DNA of 64,000 bases, taken from Octopus sinensis. Taxonomy: Eukaryota. The translations under genes and the position numbers were made by a program. Under the pieces are notes generated by a model, which was not told the origin of the DNA, made no database searches, and saw only the letters and a list, made by a program, of their open reading frames with translations. The first letter of the stretch is position 1; each line of letters starts with the position of its first letter. The stretch is from the NCBI RefSeq assembly GCF_006345805.1, contig NC_043004.1, forward strand, positions 101,990,001-102,054,000. The letters are read 5' to 3'. Shown in pieces: positions 12,410-24,187 of this stretch.

Positions 12410-12412
<3 letters not shown>
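12190..12412 (+). mobile_element. Penelope-like pseudo-LTR fragment containing a hammerhead-like fold (12270-12307)
   Basis: Homologous to 47280-47470 (minus); tcttt-CTGTTGA-A-gagc gtag gctc-GAAA-cgt-A-aaaga. Confidence 0.65.
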
Positions 12413-12440
<28 letters not shown>

Positions 12441-12644
12441 CATACATACATACATACATACATACATACATACACGCTACAGAATATAGAAATAAGCTCA
12501 CAATACACTTCTCCGAAGATTTCCTGAGGAAGAGATCCTGAAGTATTGAAATACAAAATAAAGTACAAACCTTTGACATGTCTTTTCTGATAACTTGCAT
12601 TGTTTTGACTTTATAAAAAACGAAAGACAATGCTTTCTTCAAAC

Positions 12645-12697
<53 letters not shown>

Positions 12698-12819
12698 TGT
12701 GTGTGTGTGTGTGTATATGCCCCAGCATGGCCACAGCTCAAGAGCTGAAACTGGAAAACATAAACATAAACATATATACACACGCACACACACACATGTA
12801 TATACATATATATTCTTTC

Positions 12820-13030
12820 TTCTTTTACTTGTTTCAGTCATTTCACTGCGGTCATGCTGGAGCACCGCCTTTAGTCGAACAAATTGACCCCAGGTCTTAT
12901 CTTTTGTAAGCCTAGTACTTGTTCTATCGGTCTCTTTTGCCGAGCCGCTAGCTTACAGGGACGTAAACACACCAACATCAGTTGTCAAGCGATGATGGTT
13001 GGGGGATAAACACGGACACACGCACGCACA
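12820..13030 (-). mobile_element. SINE family A, 3' half only
   Basis: Tail and 3' module present, ends at (CA)n. Similar halves at about 19310-19520, 39020-39220, 44020-44222, 51430-51640, 54010-54200. Confidence 0.85.
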
Positions 13031-13331
13031 CACACACACACACACACGCATGCACGCGCACACACACATATGTAAATATATCTACTACATATATGGAAAA
13101 TCTGTGGGTGTGTTTTGTTGTCAATATAGTTGGAGTCACTGAGCTCGTCGTCATCGTTGTTGTTATTGTTGTTGCCGTTGTGCACTTTTATAATGTCAAA
13201 TGTAAAGCTGAAATATTTCTTTTCAACAACTATAAGAACTGATAAATACATGAGTGTATATTACATAATAAGGCATTAAGACCATATGACTCTCTCCAAA
13301 CACAAATATATGTTTTAGTTTTCTTCAACAA

Positions 13332-13710
13332 TAGGCGCAGGAGTGGCTGTGTGGTAAGTAGCTTGCTAACCAACCACATGGTTCCGGGTTCAGTCCCACT
13401 GCGTGGCATCTTGGGCAAGTGTCTTCTGCTATAGCCCCGGGCCGACCAATGCCTTGTGAGTGGATTTGGTAGACGGAAACTGAAAGAAGCCTGTCGTATA
13501 TATGTATATATATATATATATGTATGTGTGTGTTTGTGTGTCTGTGTTTGTCCCCCTAGCATTGCTTGACAACCGATGCTGGTGTGTTTACGTCCCCGTC
13601 ACTTAGCGGTTCGGCAAAAGAGACTGATAGAATAAGTACTGGGCTTACAAAGAATAAGTCCCGGGGTTGATTTGCTCGACTTAAGGCGGTGCTCCAGCAT
13701 GGCCGCAGTC
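13332..13710 (+). mobile_element. SINE family A, 3' tail missing
   Basis: Match to family A from taggcgcaggag to ggccgcagtc. Confidence 0.92.
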
Positions 13711-13711
13711 T

Positions 13712-13900
13712 AGCAATGAATAGTACCTGTACTTCAATGGGCCAGCCTTGTTACATTCTGTCACACTGAATCTCCCTGAGAACTGCGTTAAGAGTACGCG
13801 TGTGTGTGAAAGGCTCGGCCACTTGTACATTAATTTCACGAGCAGGCTATTCAGTTGATCGAATTACCTGGAACCTTCGTCGTCGTAACCGACGGAGTGC
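13712..13900 (+). mobile_element. 5'-truncated SINE carrying tail 1, abutting a family A copy
   Basis: aatgaatagtacctgtacttcaatgggccagcc...acggagtgcca aligns with tail 1, preceded by family D-like rather than family B sequence. Confidence 0.75.
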
Positions 13901-14183
13901 CATTTGCCTTATATGTATATATATATATATATAATCCTTTCTACTCTAGGCACAAGACCTGAAATCGTAGGGGAGAGGGCCAGTCAGTTACATCGGCTCC
14001 AGTGCGTAATTGGTACTTATTTCATCAATCCCGAGAGGATGAGACGCAAAGTCGACCTCGGCGGGATTTGAACTCAGAATGTAAGGACAGATGAAATGCC
14101 GCTAAGCACCCTGCCCAGCGTGCTAATGCTTCTGCCAGCTCACCGTCTTACAATAATAATAATGATAATAATAATAATAACAA

Positions 14184-14222
<39 letters not shown>

Positions 14223-14269
14223 TGTTATTATCATTATTATCATTATTAATTTTATTATTATTATTATTA

Positions 14270-14812
14270 CTGAGTGAGAGAACAGTGCATGCTATTAAAG
14301 TGACACTGGGGTAAAATATACGAAGCCCAGTATATTCCTCATGACTACTCGTTTGATAAGGGTACACCAGGCATATGCATCACAACCATATGTGCGCGAC
14401 ATGGTGATCTCATATCAAGATAAACAGCGCATGACCTTGCGGGTGGGGCCCAGTTAGAATTTCCTTCTGGTCGAGTAACCCATCCCACTCAAAAGGTCCC
14501 TGAATAAGGATTGCTTAAGAATGTTGAACGAAACACGCATGTTTCCAAACCTCTAAGAATCCCTCTCTACATATGGCTATGATGCTCCCCCACTACTTCT
14601 GCTCGTGATCAGAGATGCACGTATCGTCGGCCCCTAAGGGACATGCTCAACTGGTTACGGTCAAACAACTGACAAGCAAATCTGTGGTATTGAGCAGAAT
14701 GTTTGTTGTAGCCCATCTTTTATACCAAGACAAAACAATGTACATGATAACACTTCCAATCAGTTAAGATCAGAAGCAATGAGAGCCAATACCTGGTACT
14801 GCATCAGGGCGT
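14270..14812. repeat. Unclassified ~540-bp sequence embedded in AAT/ATT arrays
   Basis: Sharp boundaries with trinucleotide arrays on both sides; no ORF or TIR recognised; single copy in window. Confidence 0.4.
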
Positions 14813-14830
14813 TTATTATTATTATTGTTA

Positions 14831-14897
<67 letters not shown>

Positions 14898-14932
14898 CAT
14901 TATTATTATTACTACTACTACTATTATTATTA

Positions 14933-15836
14933 TATGTTTGACTTTTGCTTTACATTTGTACAAGCTGGCTCCAAGTCTCACCCAGAGACCTCAAGAGACA
15001 ACAAGTTGGAAGTTCATGTTGGTGTTATGCCTAGGGTCCCATATATTTGGTTTTGTACTTAGTGTTGTTCTAGTGAATGTTTAAGAAACCATAAGAAAAT
15101 TATGTTTGTATTAAAACTTGAGATTACATAGAAAGTATTTTGCGTAGGTTATGAGCAGTTCTCATGAGCACTATTTTTTTGAATTTCTGCCATTTTGAGG
15201 TTTCCTGGTATCTGAGCTAGGTAGCAATCAGCCCCTTTTGCTATCATTCCCAGGGCACCTATGACAACAGGTATTGTTTTAGTCTTCAGGTTCCACTTTT
15301 TGCTAATTTCTATTTCAAGATCTCTACATTTCTTCAGTTTTTGGTAGGTCTTGACAGATACGCTTATATCGATTGGGACAGTCATATCAATGAGGAGGCA
15401 GGATTTTTGTGTGAAGTCTTTCAATATGATGTCTGGCCTATTTGCATCTATCCTTCTGTCAGTTTGAATGGTGAAGTTCCAGAGGAGTGAGATGTGGTCA
15501 TTTTCAAGCACTGGAGGTGGTTTGTGTTCCCACCAGTTTTTTTCACGGGGCAAATCCAGGTTTTTGCAAATTACCCAGTGAATATATTGTGCAGCTCTAT
15601 CATGCTTGTTGAGATACTCTGTAGGCGCAAAAAGACTTCACTTGGAGACAACATGACCAATGGTTTCATTTTGTTGTTGACATACACGACATATTGGGGA
15701 GCTGCCGTTCTTTAATATGTTGGCCTGGTAGTTCTTTGTTGGTAGGCATTGATCTTGAGCTGCTATGATAAACCCTTCTGTTTCCTTCTGTTTCAGATTT
15801 TGAGCCAGAGGTCATTAGCCATTGATGGATCAGGGG
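14933..15836 (-). mobile_element. 5'-truncated R4/Dong-type non-LTR retrotransposon (zinc knuckle, restriction-like endonuclease, 3' UTR) within (TAA)n
   Basis: TEGFIIAAQDQ..CRVCQQQNETIGHVV, HDRAAQYIHW, LWNFTIQTDRRIDANRPDI..LIDMTVP..PVVIGALG; ATT/TAA arrays on both sides. Confidence 0.88.
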
Positions 15837-15837
15837 T

Positions 15838-15967
15838 TATTATTATTATTATTTTTATTTTTATTTTTATTATTATTATTATTATTATCATCATCATTAT
15901 TATTATTTTTATTATTATTATTATTATCATCATCATCATCATATCATCATCATCATCATCATCATCA

Positions 15968-16061
<94 letters not shown>

Positions 16062-16087
16062 TATTATTATTATTATCATTATTATTA
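15838..16087. repeat. Compound (ATT)n/(ATC)n microsatellite
   Basis: Seen directly; similar arrays at 14151-14269 and 14813-14932. Confidence 0.97.
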
Positions 16088-16790
16088 TACACAGAATTCT
16101 AAAAGGTTCTCTCTGAATTTTCACACTTAAAAACTAAAACAGGTCCTTTGATATCTGCCAACATCACTCATATCTACTTAACTGCAATATGAGTTTGCAG
16201 GCGTATTGCTCAACTGCGTCGGTGATCAATCGTTAGCTTTACCAAGGATAACCAAATATGGTAACATTGCCGAAGCGTTAGTTTTAATTCAAGACAAAGA
16301 CAGTGTGAGATAGACTACAGAAAGTGATATTCTACAAGACGATGTGTCCTAACAGGTGGACAGTTATCTAGGGTCAGTAAAAATCTTACAAGTCCAAGTC
16401 TATTTTTAAGTACCAAGAGCAAGTAACTTTTCCTTACTAGGCCCTCTAGCCTAAAGGTGCATGCTGAAATTTGATCCACTCACACGGATCATTCTTGCTT
16501 CACTTACCTATCTTTCAGCAAATTCATTGGAGGACGGCACCTACTAACTAACAATCATCTTCCATTCCAAGAAGAAACTAAAGTCGTTCAGTATTTTTAA
16601 ATACTCTTTCCTTAAATACAATATTTTATGAAACAAAAAATTAACTAAGATATTACACTTTGAAGCCGACCGAGGAATGTGAAAATAATGGCCACACGAT
16701 GATCCATTCTGCCGAACAAATTTAGTTTTAAAGATATTTCGCTTATGAAATAGATTTGAATTAAGGTGTAAAAGCGAAATGTAAACATAC

Positions 16791-16937
16791 CGTGATATTC
16801 ATGTCATGTATATCATTTGTTTCGAATTTCCTTGAAAATACAAGTGTTGTAAAACCTTCGTCTTCATCAAATGCTTTCAACTTCCAATTTCTTATTTTGT
16901 CTTTCTTCGGCTTCCCATTTCTAATGCCATGGTAATC
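16791..16937 (-). CDS. MOXD1-like: Internal exon (147 nt, phase 0-0) of a DBH-like copper monooxygenase, DOMON domain part
   Basis: Minus strand ttcttcgtttatAG|...|GTatgt; open frame DYHGIRNGKPKKDKIRNWKLKAFDEDEGFTTLVFSRKFETNDIHDMNIT, matching the DOMON pattern DY...D...W/Y.L....E....T.L.F.RK..T.D..D..IT as I recall it for MOXD1/DBH. Too short for the supplied ORF track. Confidence 0.9.
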
Positions 16938-17994
16938 CTATAAACGAAGAAAGAATTATTGGTTTAATTAGTTAATGAATTAACGCCAACATATCCATTG
17001 CAGTAAACAGCAAAAATCTAAATAGAAATGATTGTGCGGTAAGGAAAATACGTCATTAGCTTAATGACTAATATTTTTAGTATTTAGGCAGCAACAAAAC
17101 AACTCCGTGTATGTTTCTCTATGGGCCTTATCCTTGTAAGTAAGTAGTAGAATTAGTATGAAAACTTAATATTAAATCAATGGTGGGTTATAACTCAGGG
17201 ACGCTATCCTTATGAAACAAAATGACTAAGTGTAGTTCATGCAAATTAGTAAGTAGTTAACTGATGTCTAGACCCTGGTCCACCTTGACTGAGCATAAAT
17301 GTTCCAGGTATAAGTATTTCGCTTTTGTTTTTTGTTTTTGTTTGTTTGTTTCTTTTATATATCTAAGACTGCATTGTCTAATGTGTCATACCATCTTTAA
17401 AGACGGTGTACTATGGTCTGAGAGAAATTAGCTGTTACTTTTTATGAGTCAAGCAATCGTATAGAAGTTTCCTCTCTCTCTCTCTCTCTCTCTCATTCAG
17501 TTAGTTAGTGAGATAACTAGGTAGCTTATTAGGAATTACTGCCCTTTAGACTCGGGTGACCCATTATAAAGTGGACCTAACTTCAAAGTTCTACCAAACG
17601 TAGCCATTTAATCTTTTTATACAAGCAAAAAAACATTTATCCAATATCTTCTACCTTTCTTAAGACAATATGGTGGGATTTGAGGGTGATTTGAAGGTTA
17701 TTTCTATTACTTCAAGGTTTGTTTACTGGTTCCCTATGTTGGCTTCTAATTAGTTATTTCCATAAACCAAATAATTATTGGATTAACATTAAAGCTTCTA
17801 TTCTCAAAAATATTATATAGGATATGTCAACCTAATCATGCTAATCTTTTTCCATGCTATATGCATGACAGAAAGAAAATCTTTCTTAGCCATTAATCTG
17901 TGAATCCCACAACCTGGGAAACAAAATTAATAGTTTACCACAAACGATGAACTTGTAAAAATTAATACAACCTCGTAGTTATTTTCTACAAAAC

Positions 17995-18382
17995 GGAGGC
18001 GCAATGGCCCAGTGGTTAGGGCAGCGGACTCGCGGTCATAGGATCGCGGTTTCGATTCCCAGACCGGGCGTTCTGAGTGTTTATTGAGCGAAAACACCTA
18101 AAAGCTCCACGAGGCTCCGGCAGGGGATGGTGGTGATCCCTGCTGCACCCTTTCACCACAACTTTCTCTCACTCTTACTTCCTGTTTCTGTTGTACCTGT
18201 ATTTCAAGGGGCCAGCCTTGTCACTCTTTGTGTCACGCTGAATATCCCCGAGAACTACGTTAAGGGTGCACGTGTCTGTGGAGTGCTCAGCCACTTACAC
18301 GTTAATTTCACGAGCAGGCTGTTCCGTTGATTCGGATCAACCGGAACCCTCATCGTCGTAATCGACGAAGTGCTTCCATCCA
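17995..18382 (+). mobile_element. tRNA-derived SINE, family B
   Basis: TSD ttctacaaaac at 17984-17994 and 18383-18393. Confidence 0.95.
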
Positions 18383-19045
18383 TTCTACAAAACGTTAAAT
18401 AATTGCCTCATTGTGATTTTTCTACCGCATATATTGCCATTCTCTATAAAATTTTAACTTATGCCAAGCCATATAATGAGTACAAATTTTCGAGAAAATA
18501 TGTGTGGTCAATCTGTTTGTTAAGAAGATTGCTTCCCAACCAAATGGTTCCGGGTTCAGTCCCACTGTGTGCGACTTATAATAGAGCACCTTGGGCAAGT
18601 CTAGGGCACACCAAAGCCTTGTGAGAGGTTTTGGTTGACGAAAACTGAAAGAAGCTGTGTGTATATAGATACATATATATGTGCGTGTATGTGTGTATGT
18701 GTACACGCGCACGTTTCTGTGTGTGTATGTATGTATGAGAGTGTATGTAGGTATGTGTGTGTGAGTGTAAAAACGGTATGGACAATTTGTTTTGGAGTCT
18801 AGCAATACCATGTACGCTTATGAGGATTTACTTTCCCAATGAAACTCGGTTTTTTCTCAAACTTTTTCTCAAGCCTGTTATAATGTGATACAAGTCTTTG
18901 GTGTGGCAATTGTACGCGGCTGAAGAAGGCTTTTGATCTATCTGTTATATCAATTACGCTTGATATAAGAATAAGTTGTTCAATAAAGCCCGAAACATAT
19001 GTACCGCAAAATCCTTTGCGTCCTGTTTTTCAATTACTTCATTTG

Positions 19046-19097
<52 letters not shown>

Positions 19098-19629
19098 AAA
19101 AAAGAAAAAAATATTTCTATTACCATCCCGAAATATAACAGTATCAGTTTCAACACATGATTTCATACCAAGAATCTTGCAGAACAAAGAATATTTATAT
19201 TATAGTCGAGAATTAACAATGGGTACATGACTAGTCATATTTTTGTAGCGTGAACATTTTGAAAAGACATTTCTCACTAGCTACAGATTAATCTTTAATC
19301 TTATACCAGTTTCAGTCATTAGATTGAGGTCATGCTGGGGCAGTGCCTTATAGAATTTTAGCCGAACGAGACGACCCCAGTACTTAGTGTTTTTAAGCCT
19401 AGCACTTAGTCTGTCGAGGATAATTTGCCGAACCGCAAATTTATGGGGACGTAAACACACCTGTACCTTAGACAAGCGGTGGTCGGGAACAATGACACAA
19501 AAACACACTCACACACACATACGCATATATATAACGCAAATATTTACATACACATATATATGTATATATTTTGATTTTGATTTTGATTTTCCAGTTTCAG
19601 CTAATGAGCTGTGGCTATGCTGGGGCACC

Positions 19630-19768
<139 letters not shown>

Positions 19769-19934
19769 TACAATGTAAATCTACAAACGGGAGTAGATTA
19801 CAAAATGGAAAAACGTTTTTCTAAATGTATTTACTACATCTCCGTGTGGCTTTACACAGAATGAGAGATACGTGGTTTGAGAGAATTTTATTCTTCTTTC
19901 AAGCAAACAGATGCATATTTTAGCCCGACTTTTA

Positions 19935-20033
<99 letters not shown>

Positions 20034-20176
20034 GAGGGAGAGAGAGAGAGAGAAAAACTTACTTGGAAAAGGATGCGTGGCGTTGGATCATGTAATAATA
20101 TAAATAATATATAAATATATGCATATCTACATATATGTACATACCTACATCTATATGTATATATACATGCATATAT

Positions 20177-20334
20177 GGGTACAGGACATAAAAAAAACGT
20201 TGAACACAATGAGAGACGAAAACAAAAACAAAAACATGGAAACGAACTTTTTTTCAAACAACGAAAAAAACAGAGTACAAGACATACGACACAAGGAATA
20301 TTTCCCTTCTTCAGTTGTCCCTGTTTCGTCTACT

Positions 20335-20336
<2 letters not shown>
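20177..20336. repeat. Unclassified interspersed repeat beside TA/TACA microsatellites
   Basis: Recurs at about 41025-41130 (inverted) and 54630-54790. Confidence 0.75.
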
Positions 20337-20375
<39 letters not shown>

Positions 20376-20376
<1 letters not shown>

Positions 20377-21536
20377 TAGCATTAAAGACCCGTCATTGCC
20401 GGGTCATAGTGCTAGTGCATGTATATATGTGTATATATATGTGTACATATTACATGTACATCTATATATATACATCTACACATAAAATGCAAAATACAAA
20501 GTTATATCTTGATATCGCTAGTGATAACAATACTCAAAATATATAAAAGACTGGAATTGTTAGCCCGTCTCTTGTAATTTCGATCAATTGTATCTTGTCC
20601 TCCCTCTTGTATAGAAGTGTGGCTACAATCCAGCCTACCTCTACTTCGGGTGGTGGGGGTGCATTTTAATTTTTTTCCGGGACGTCCTACGTCCCAGATA
20701 TAAAGGTAAAAATAAAATATTTCCACTTTGCAAGTTCGAGTCGAGTACTCCCTTGCACGCTCCGTTGACTCGAACCTTGCTTCTATTGTGGCGAATTTAC
20801 CGCCTCTGATTAGATATCTTTCATAGTCGCAGCAAGACACTTTTCGAAGGTGCTTTCCTCCATATGTTCAAATCTTCTTTTTTCTCTACATTATATACTT
20901 TATAGACAATAGTCTTTTCTTTAATTTAATTTTTTATTATCCATCTGGACTATTCCATTTCTGCACGCTAATTTTATTTTTAATTTATTCCCATTCATGT
21001 GAAACCACTTATTCAAGTTCAAGTCATTAATGTAATTTTATACCAATTGCTATTTTTACTTTTGTTATGTTACGATTATATTATACTTTAGTTTGATTTT
21101 AATTATTACTTACTACATATACTAAGTGAAAGTATCTGACATAAAATAGAGAAATGTTTTTGTTTCACTTTTAACACGTAATACTGAAATAGTGGAGAAG
21201 ATATGATATTGCTATGGGCTCACTCTAGGCAAGAAGTTGAACATTTTTTGCCCATGAAACTACATGGACCCTAAGTAAGGCATGTGTAAAATTTGAATGA
21301 AATTGGTTGTGTAGTTCTCAAGTTTTAGGAAATCGTAGTGGAGAAGATATGATATTGCTGTGGGCTCGCCCTAAGCAAAAAGTTTTTAAAAAGATTTTGC
21401 CGATGACACTCCCCGGACCCTAAGTAAGGCATGTGTAATATTTGAATGAAATTGGTTGTGTAGTTCTCAAGTTTTAGGGAAACACACAGACAGACAGACA
21501 GACAGACACACATTCTCAGTTTTATATATATAAAGA
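20376..21536 (-). mobile_element. Probable non-autonomous Helitron on the minus strand with an internal ~140-bp tandem duplication
   Basis: 5' end A|TCTTTATATATATAAAACTGAG at 21536; duplicated units 21190-21330 and 21336-21480; hairpin plus CTAG at 20376-20405. Whether both ends belong to one element is uncertain. Confidence 0.6.
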
Positions 21537-21617
21537 TTGCATATCTGGATTATGTTTGCTGGCCACTTTACCATTGTTGCTTTCTTTTTAAGATAATTTA
21601 TTTAAATTTTGAATATA

Positions 21618-21648
<31 letters not shown>

Positions 21649-22165
21649 TTGTGTCACTGTCCCCAACCACCTTTGACTGAAATATTTCGTCACACGCCCT
21701 GTGATCTCTTCAGTAATTCTTCATCCCACGTGTCTCTCCTGTTCAGTTTAGTCCATTAGAATGTTCACGGGAGGTGTGACTAAAGATTTCAGATCAAAGA
21801 CGCCAAAATAAGAATAATAGTAATAAAGCTTTTGAAGGATGATTGTATCGTGCATGTGTTTTATCTGGCAACGAAACAAAAGTGACCATCCCAAAATATA
21901 ACAATATAAATATTTTGCTTTATACATATCCTGTGAGTAATGCGCATATCAGGTTTCATGTCAAATGATACGATTACAATATACGAATGAAATAAAAGGA
22001 TTTCTAAATATTGTTTATTTGTCGCCTAGTTCAAGGTTTAAATTCCACTGTACGAATATATGTACAATCCTAATGTATTTTCCGGCAATGAAATGGTAGC
22101 GTATGATTTACGTGAGCGTTGGTTGCTATTTCTAGCAGGTTACTATAGAGACTTCTTTAGTTCTT

Positions 22166-22396
22166 ATTTCTTTATTACCCACAAGGGGCTAAACACAGAG
22201 GGGACAAACAAGGACAGACAAACGATTAAGTCGATTACATCGACCCCAGTGTGTAACTGGTACTTAATTTATCGACCCCGAAAGGATGAAAGGCAAAGTC
22301 GACCTCGGCGGAATTTGAACTCAGCACGCAGCGGCGGACGAAATACCACAAAGCATTCCGCCCGGCATGCTAACGTTTCTGCCAGCTCGCCGCCTT
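22166..22396 (-). mobile_element. tRNA-derived SINE, family C
   Basis: 17-bp TSD agacttctttagttctt at 22149-22165 and 22397-22413; B box gagttcaaattcc; central ggtcgactttgcctttcatcctttcggggtcgataaattaagtacc resembles the Meta-domain as I recall it (unverified). Confidence 0.9.
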
Positions 22397-22614
22397 AGAC
22401 TTCTTTAGTTCTTGTTTATTCCCAAATAGGTTTTTGATATTAGTAAGTTATGATGAAAAGCTTAGACCTAGTTAAAAATGATTCACAGAATATGCATGTT
22501 TTTAAAGGAAGTAAAAAAATCTGAAAATCGGTTATATTGATGTAGTTTTCCGCTCTTAATGCTGTGAATCCCAGATCTTGTGGAGAGAAAAAAAATTGCG
22601 AAAAAAATTACGGA

Positions 22615-22747
22615 GTTCTATATTTAAGAGATGAGGAATTATGTACATTATTTACATTATTTACAATTGACGGAAATTTGTCCTCATCTTGTAGTTAAGA
22701 GCGCGGGCTACAAACCCCAAGATTCCGAGTTCGATTCCGGGCAGTGA

Positions 22748-22816
<69 letters not shown>

Positions 22817-22980
22817 CAACAACAACAACAACAACATCGAAAAATACCTTAGGAATGAGAACCCAGGTTCAAAATTTCCCTAAGACACCTGATGAAGGCT
22901 AGAGGGTATATCAGCCGAAACGTTGTGTTAATAACAAACAAGATGAGGACAAATATTCATTAATTGTAAATAATGTAAAT
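22615..22980 (+). mobile_element. Second copy of the composite tRNA-head / Penelope-type tail element
   Basis: Inverted tail fragment 22615-22692, head with B box gagttcgattcc, (AAT)n(AAC)n, tail about 22835-22980 nearly identical to the 5356-5799 tail. Confidence 0.88.
22884..22929 (+). ncRNA. Minimal type I hammerhead ribozyme motif with complete catalytic core
   Basis: Stem I gacac/gtgtt; core CUGAUGA plus an extra A; stem II ggct/agcc; GAAA; palindromic ACGU in place of helix III; predicted cleavage after GUU (22924). Activity not shown. Confidence 0.7.
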
Positions 22981-23959
22981 TTACAGAGGTTTAAAAATCG
23001 TAAAAACTGTGGAATTTTAGCTAATAGTGAGAGAGCGGTGTCAACTTTAAGGTTGTACTCTGTGAAATTTATAGTTTAGCGTCTGTGAAATGACCAGTTA
23101 CCTTATTTACTTCATGCCTATTTCAGTATTATGTATACCTGTAATGTACATCGTTAATATATAAGTGCATGTGGATGTATGTATTCATATATGTTTATAT
23201 GTGCATGTGAATCGATTTAACGAGATCCCACACACAAAATACACACACACACACACACACACCATACATACATGTACACACATATGCACACACACATATG
23301 CACACACACATACACACATACACACACATGAACACACATATACACCCACACACACAATATACATACATGCACACACATAAACACACATACAAGAAAGCAC
23401 ACATACACACACATTAACGCACATATATACCCACACACACACAACACACATAGATATATATATACACACGCATGTACACACACGCACACACACGCACGTA
23501 TACACACACATGAACGCACATATACCATATACCTCCTTACACACAACACCCATACATACATGCACACATACACACACGTGTATACATGCACACACACACA
23601 CACACACGTGCAGCACAGACGCGGGTGAAGCGAAACACAACGTGCGGTTGTCATGTAACAAGCCGTTAATGCCTCGCTGTCTGCTGATTGGCTAAAATTA
23701 CCCAAATTTCCCAAATTTAATTCGAAATAACATCAGACTCTTTAATTTACAAGATAAAGTAATTTGTAGATCGTAATCAAAATTCAGAGTTGCATCGATA
23801 CACCAAAATTGAAAGCAATCTGAGCAAAATTAAAGGAGGCTGATTTTGTGAATCAATTAAACTAGATCCAAAAGCCTTCAAATCTAGACCATTCACAAGG
23901 AACCCTATCCAATGTTGGAACGGTTCTGCTAATCCACCGCTTTTGTGTCCGCCATGACC

Positions 23960-24187
23960 CCTAAGACGCATTAGAACGGAGCTTAATCCGGTTTCTATGG
24001 CGTATAAGAGACTGAGATCACTACACTCCCCATCCTCTAGAAGGAGATGCCAGATCGCTGAGTGAACTAGAGCAACGTGAAATGAAGTGTTTTGCGTAAG
24101 AACACAACGCACCACCCGCACCAGGAATCGAAACCGGATCTTTTGATCGTGAGCGCAGAATTTTAACCTCTAGGCCACGCGTCTTCG
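23960..24187 (-). mobile_element. tRNA + CORE-like SINE with a third tail type, degenerate
   Basis: Head gaagacgcgtggcctagaggtt..ggtttcgattcc; central gttgtgttcttacgcaaaacacttcatttcacgttgctc; tail differs from tail 1. Confidence 0.65.

Noticed and set aside
20277-20336. GAAA...CTGAAGA on the minus strand as another hammerhead
   Set aside because: Only 9 nt between the motifs and no GAAA after the putative stem II, so no valid topology.
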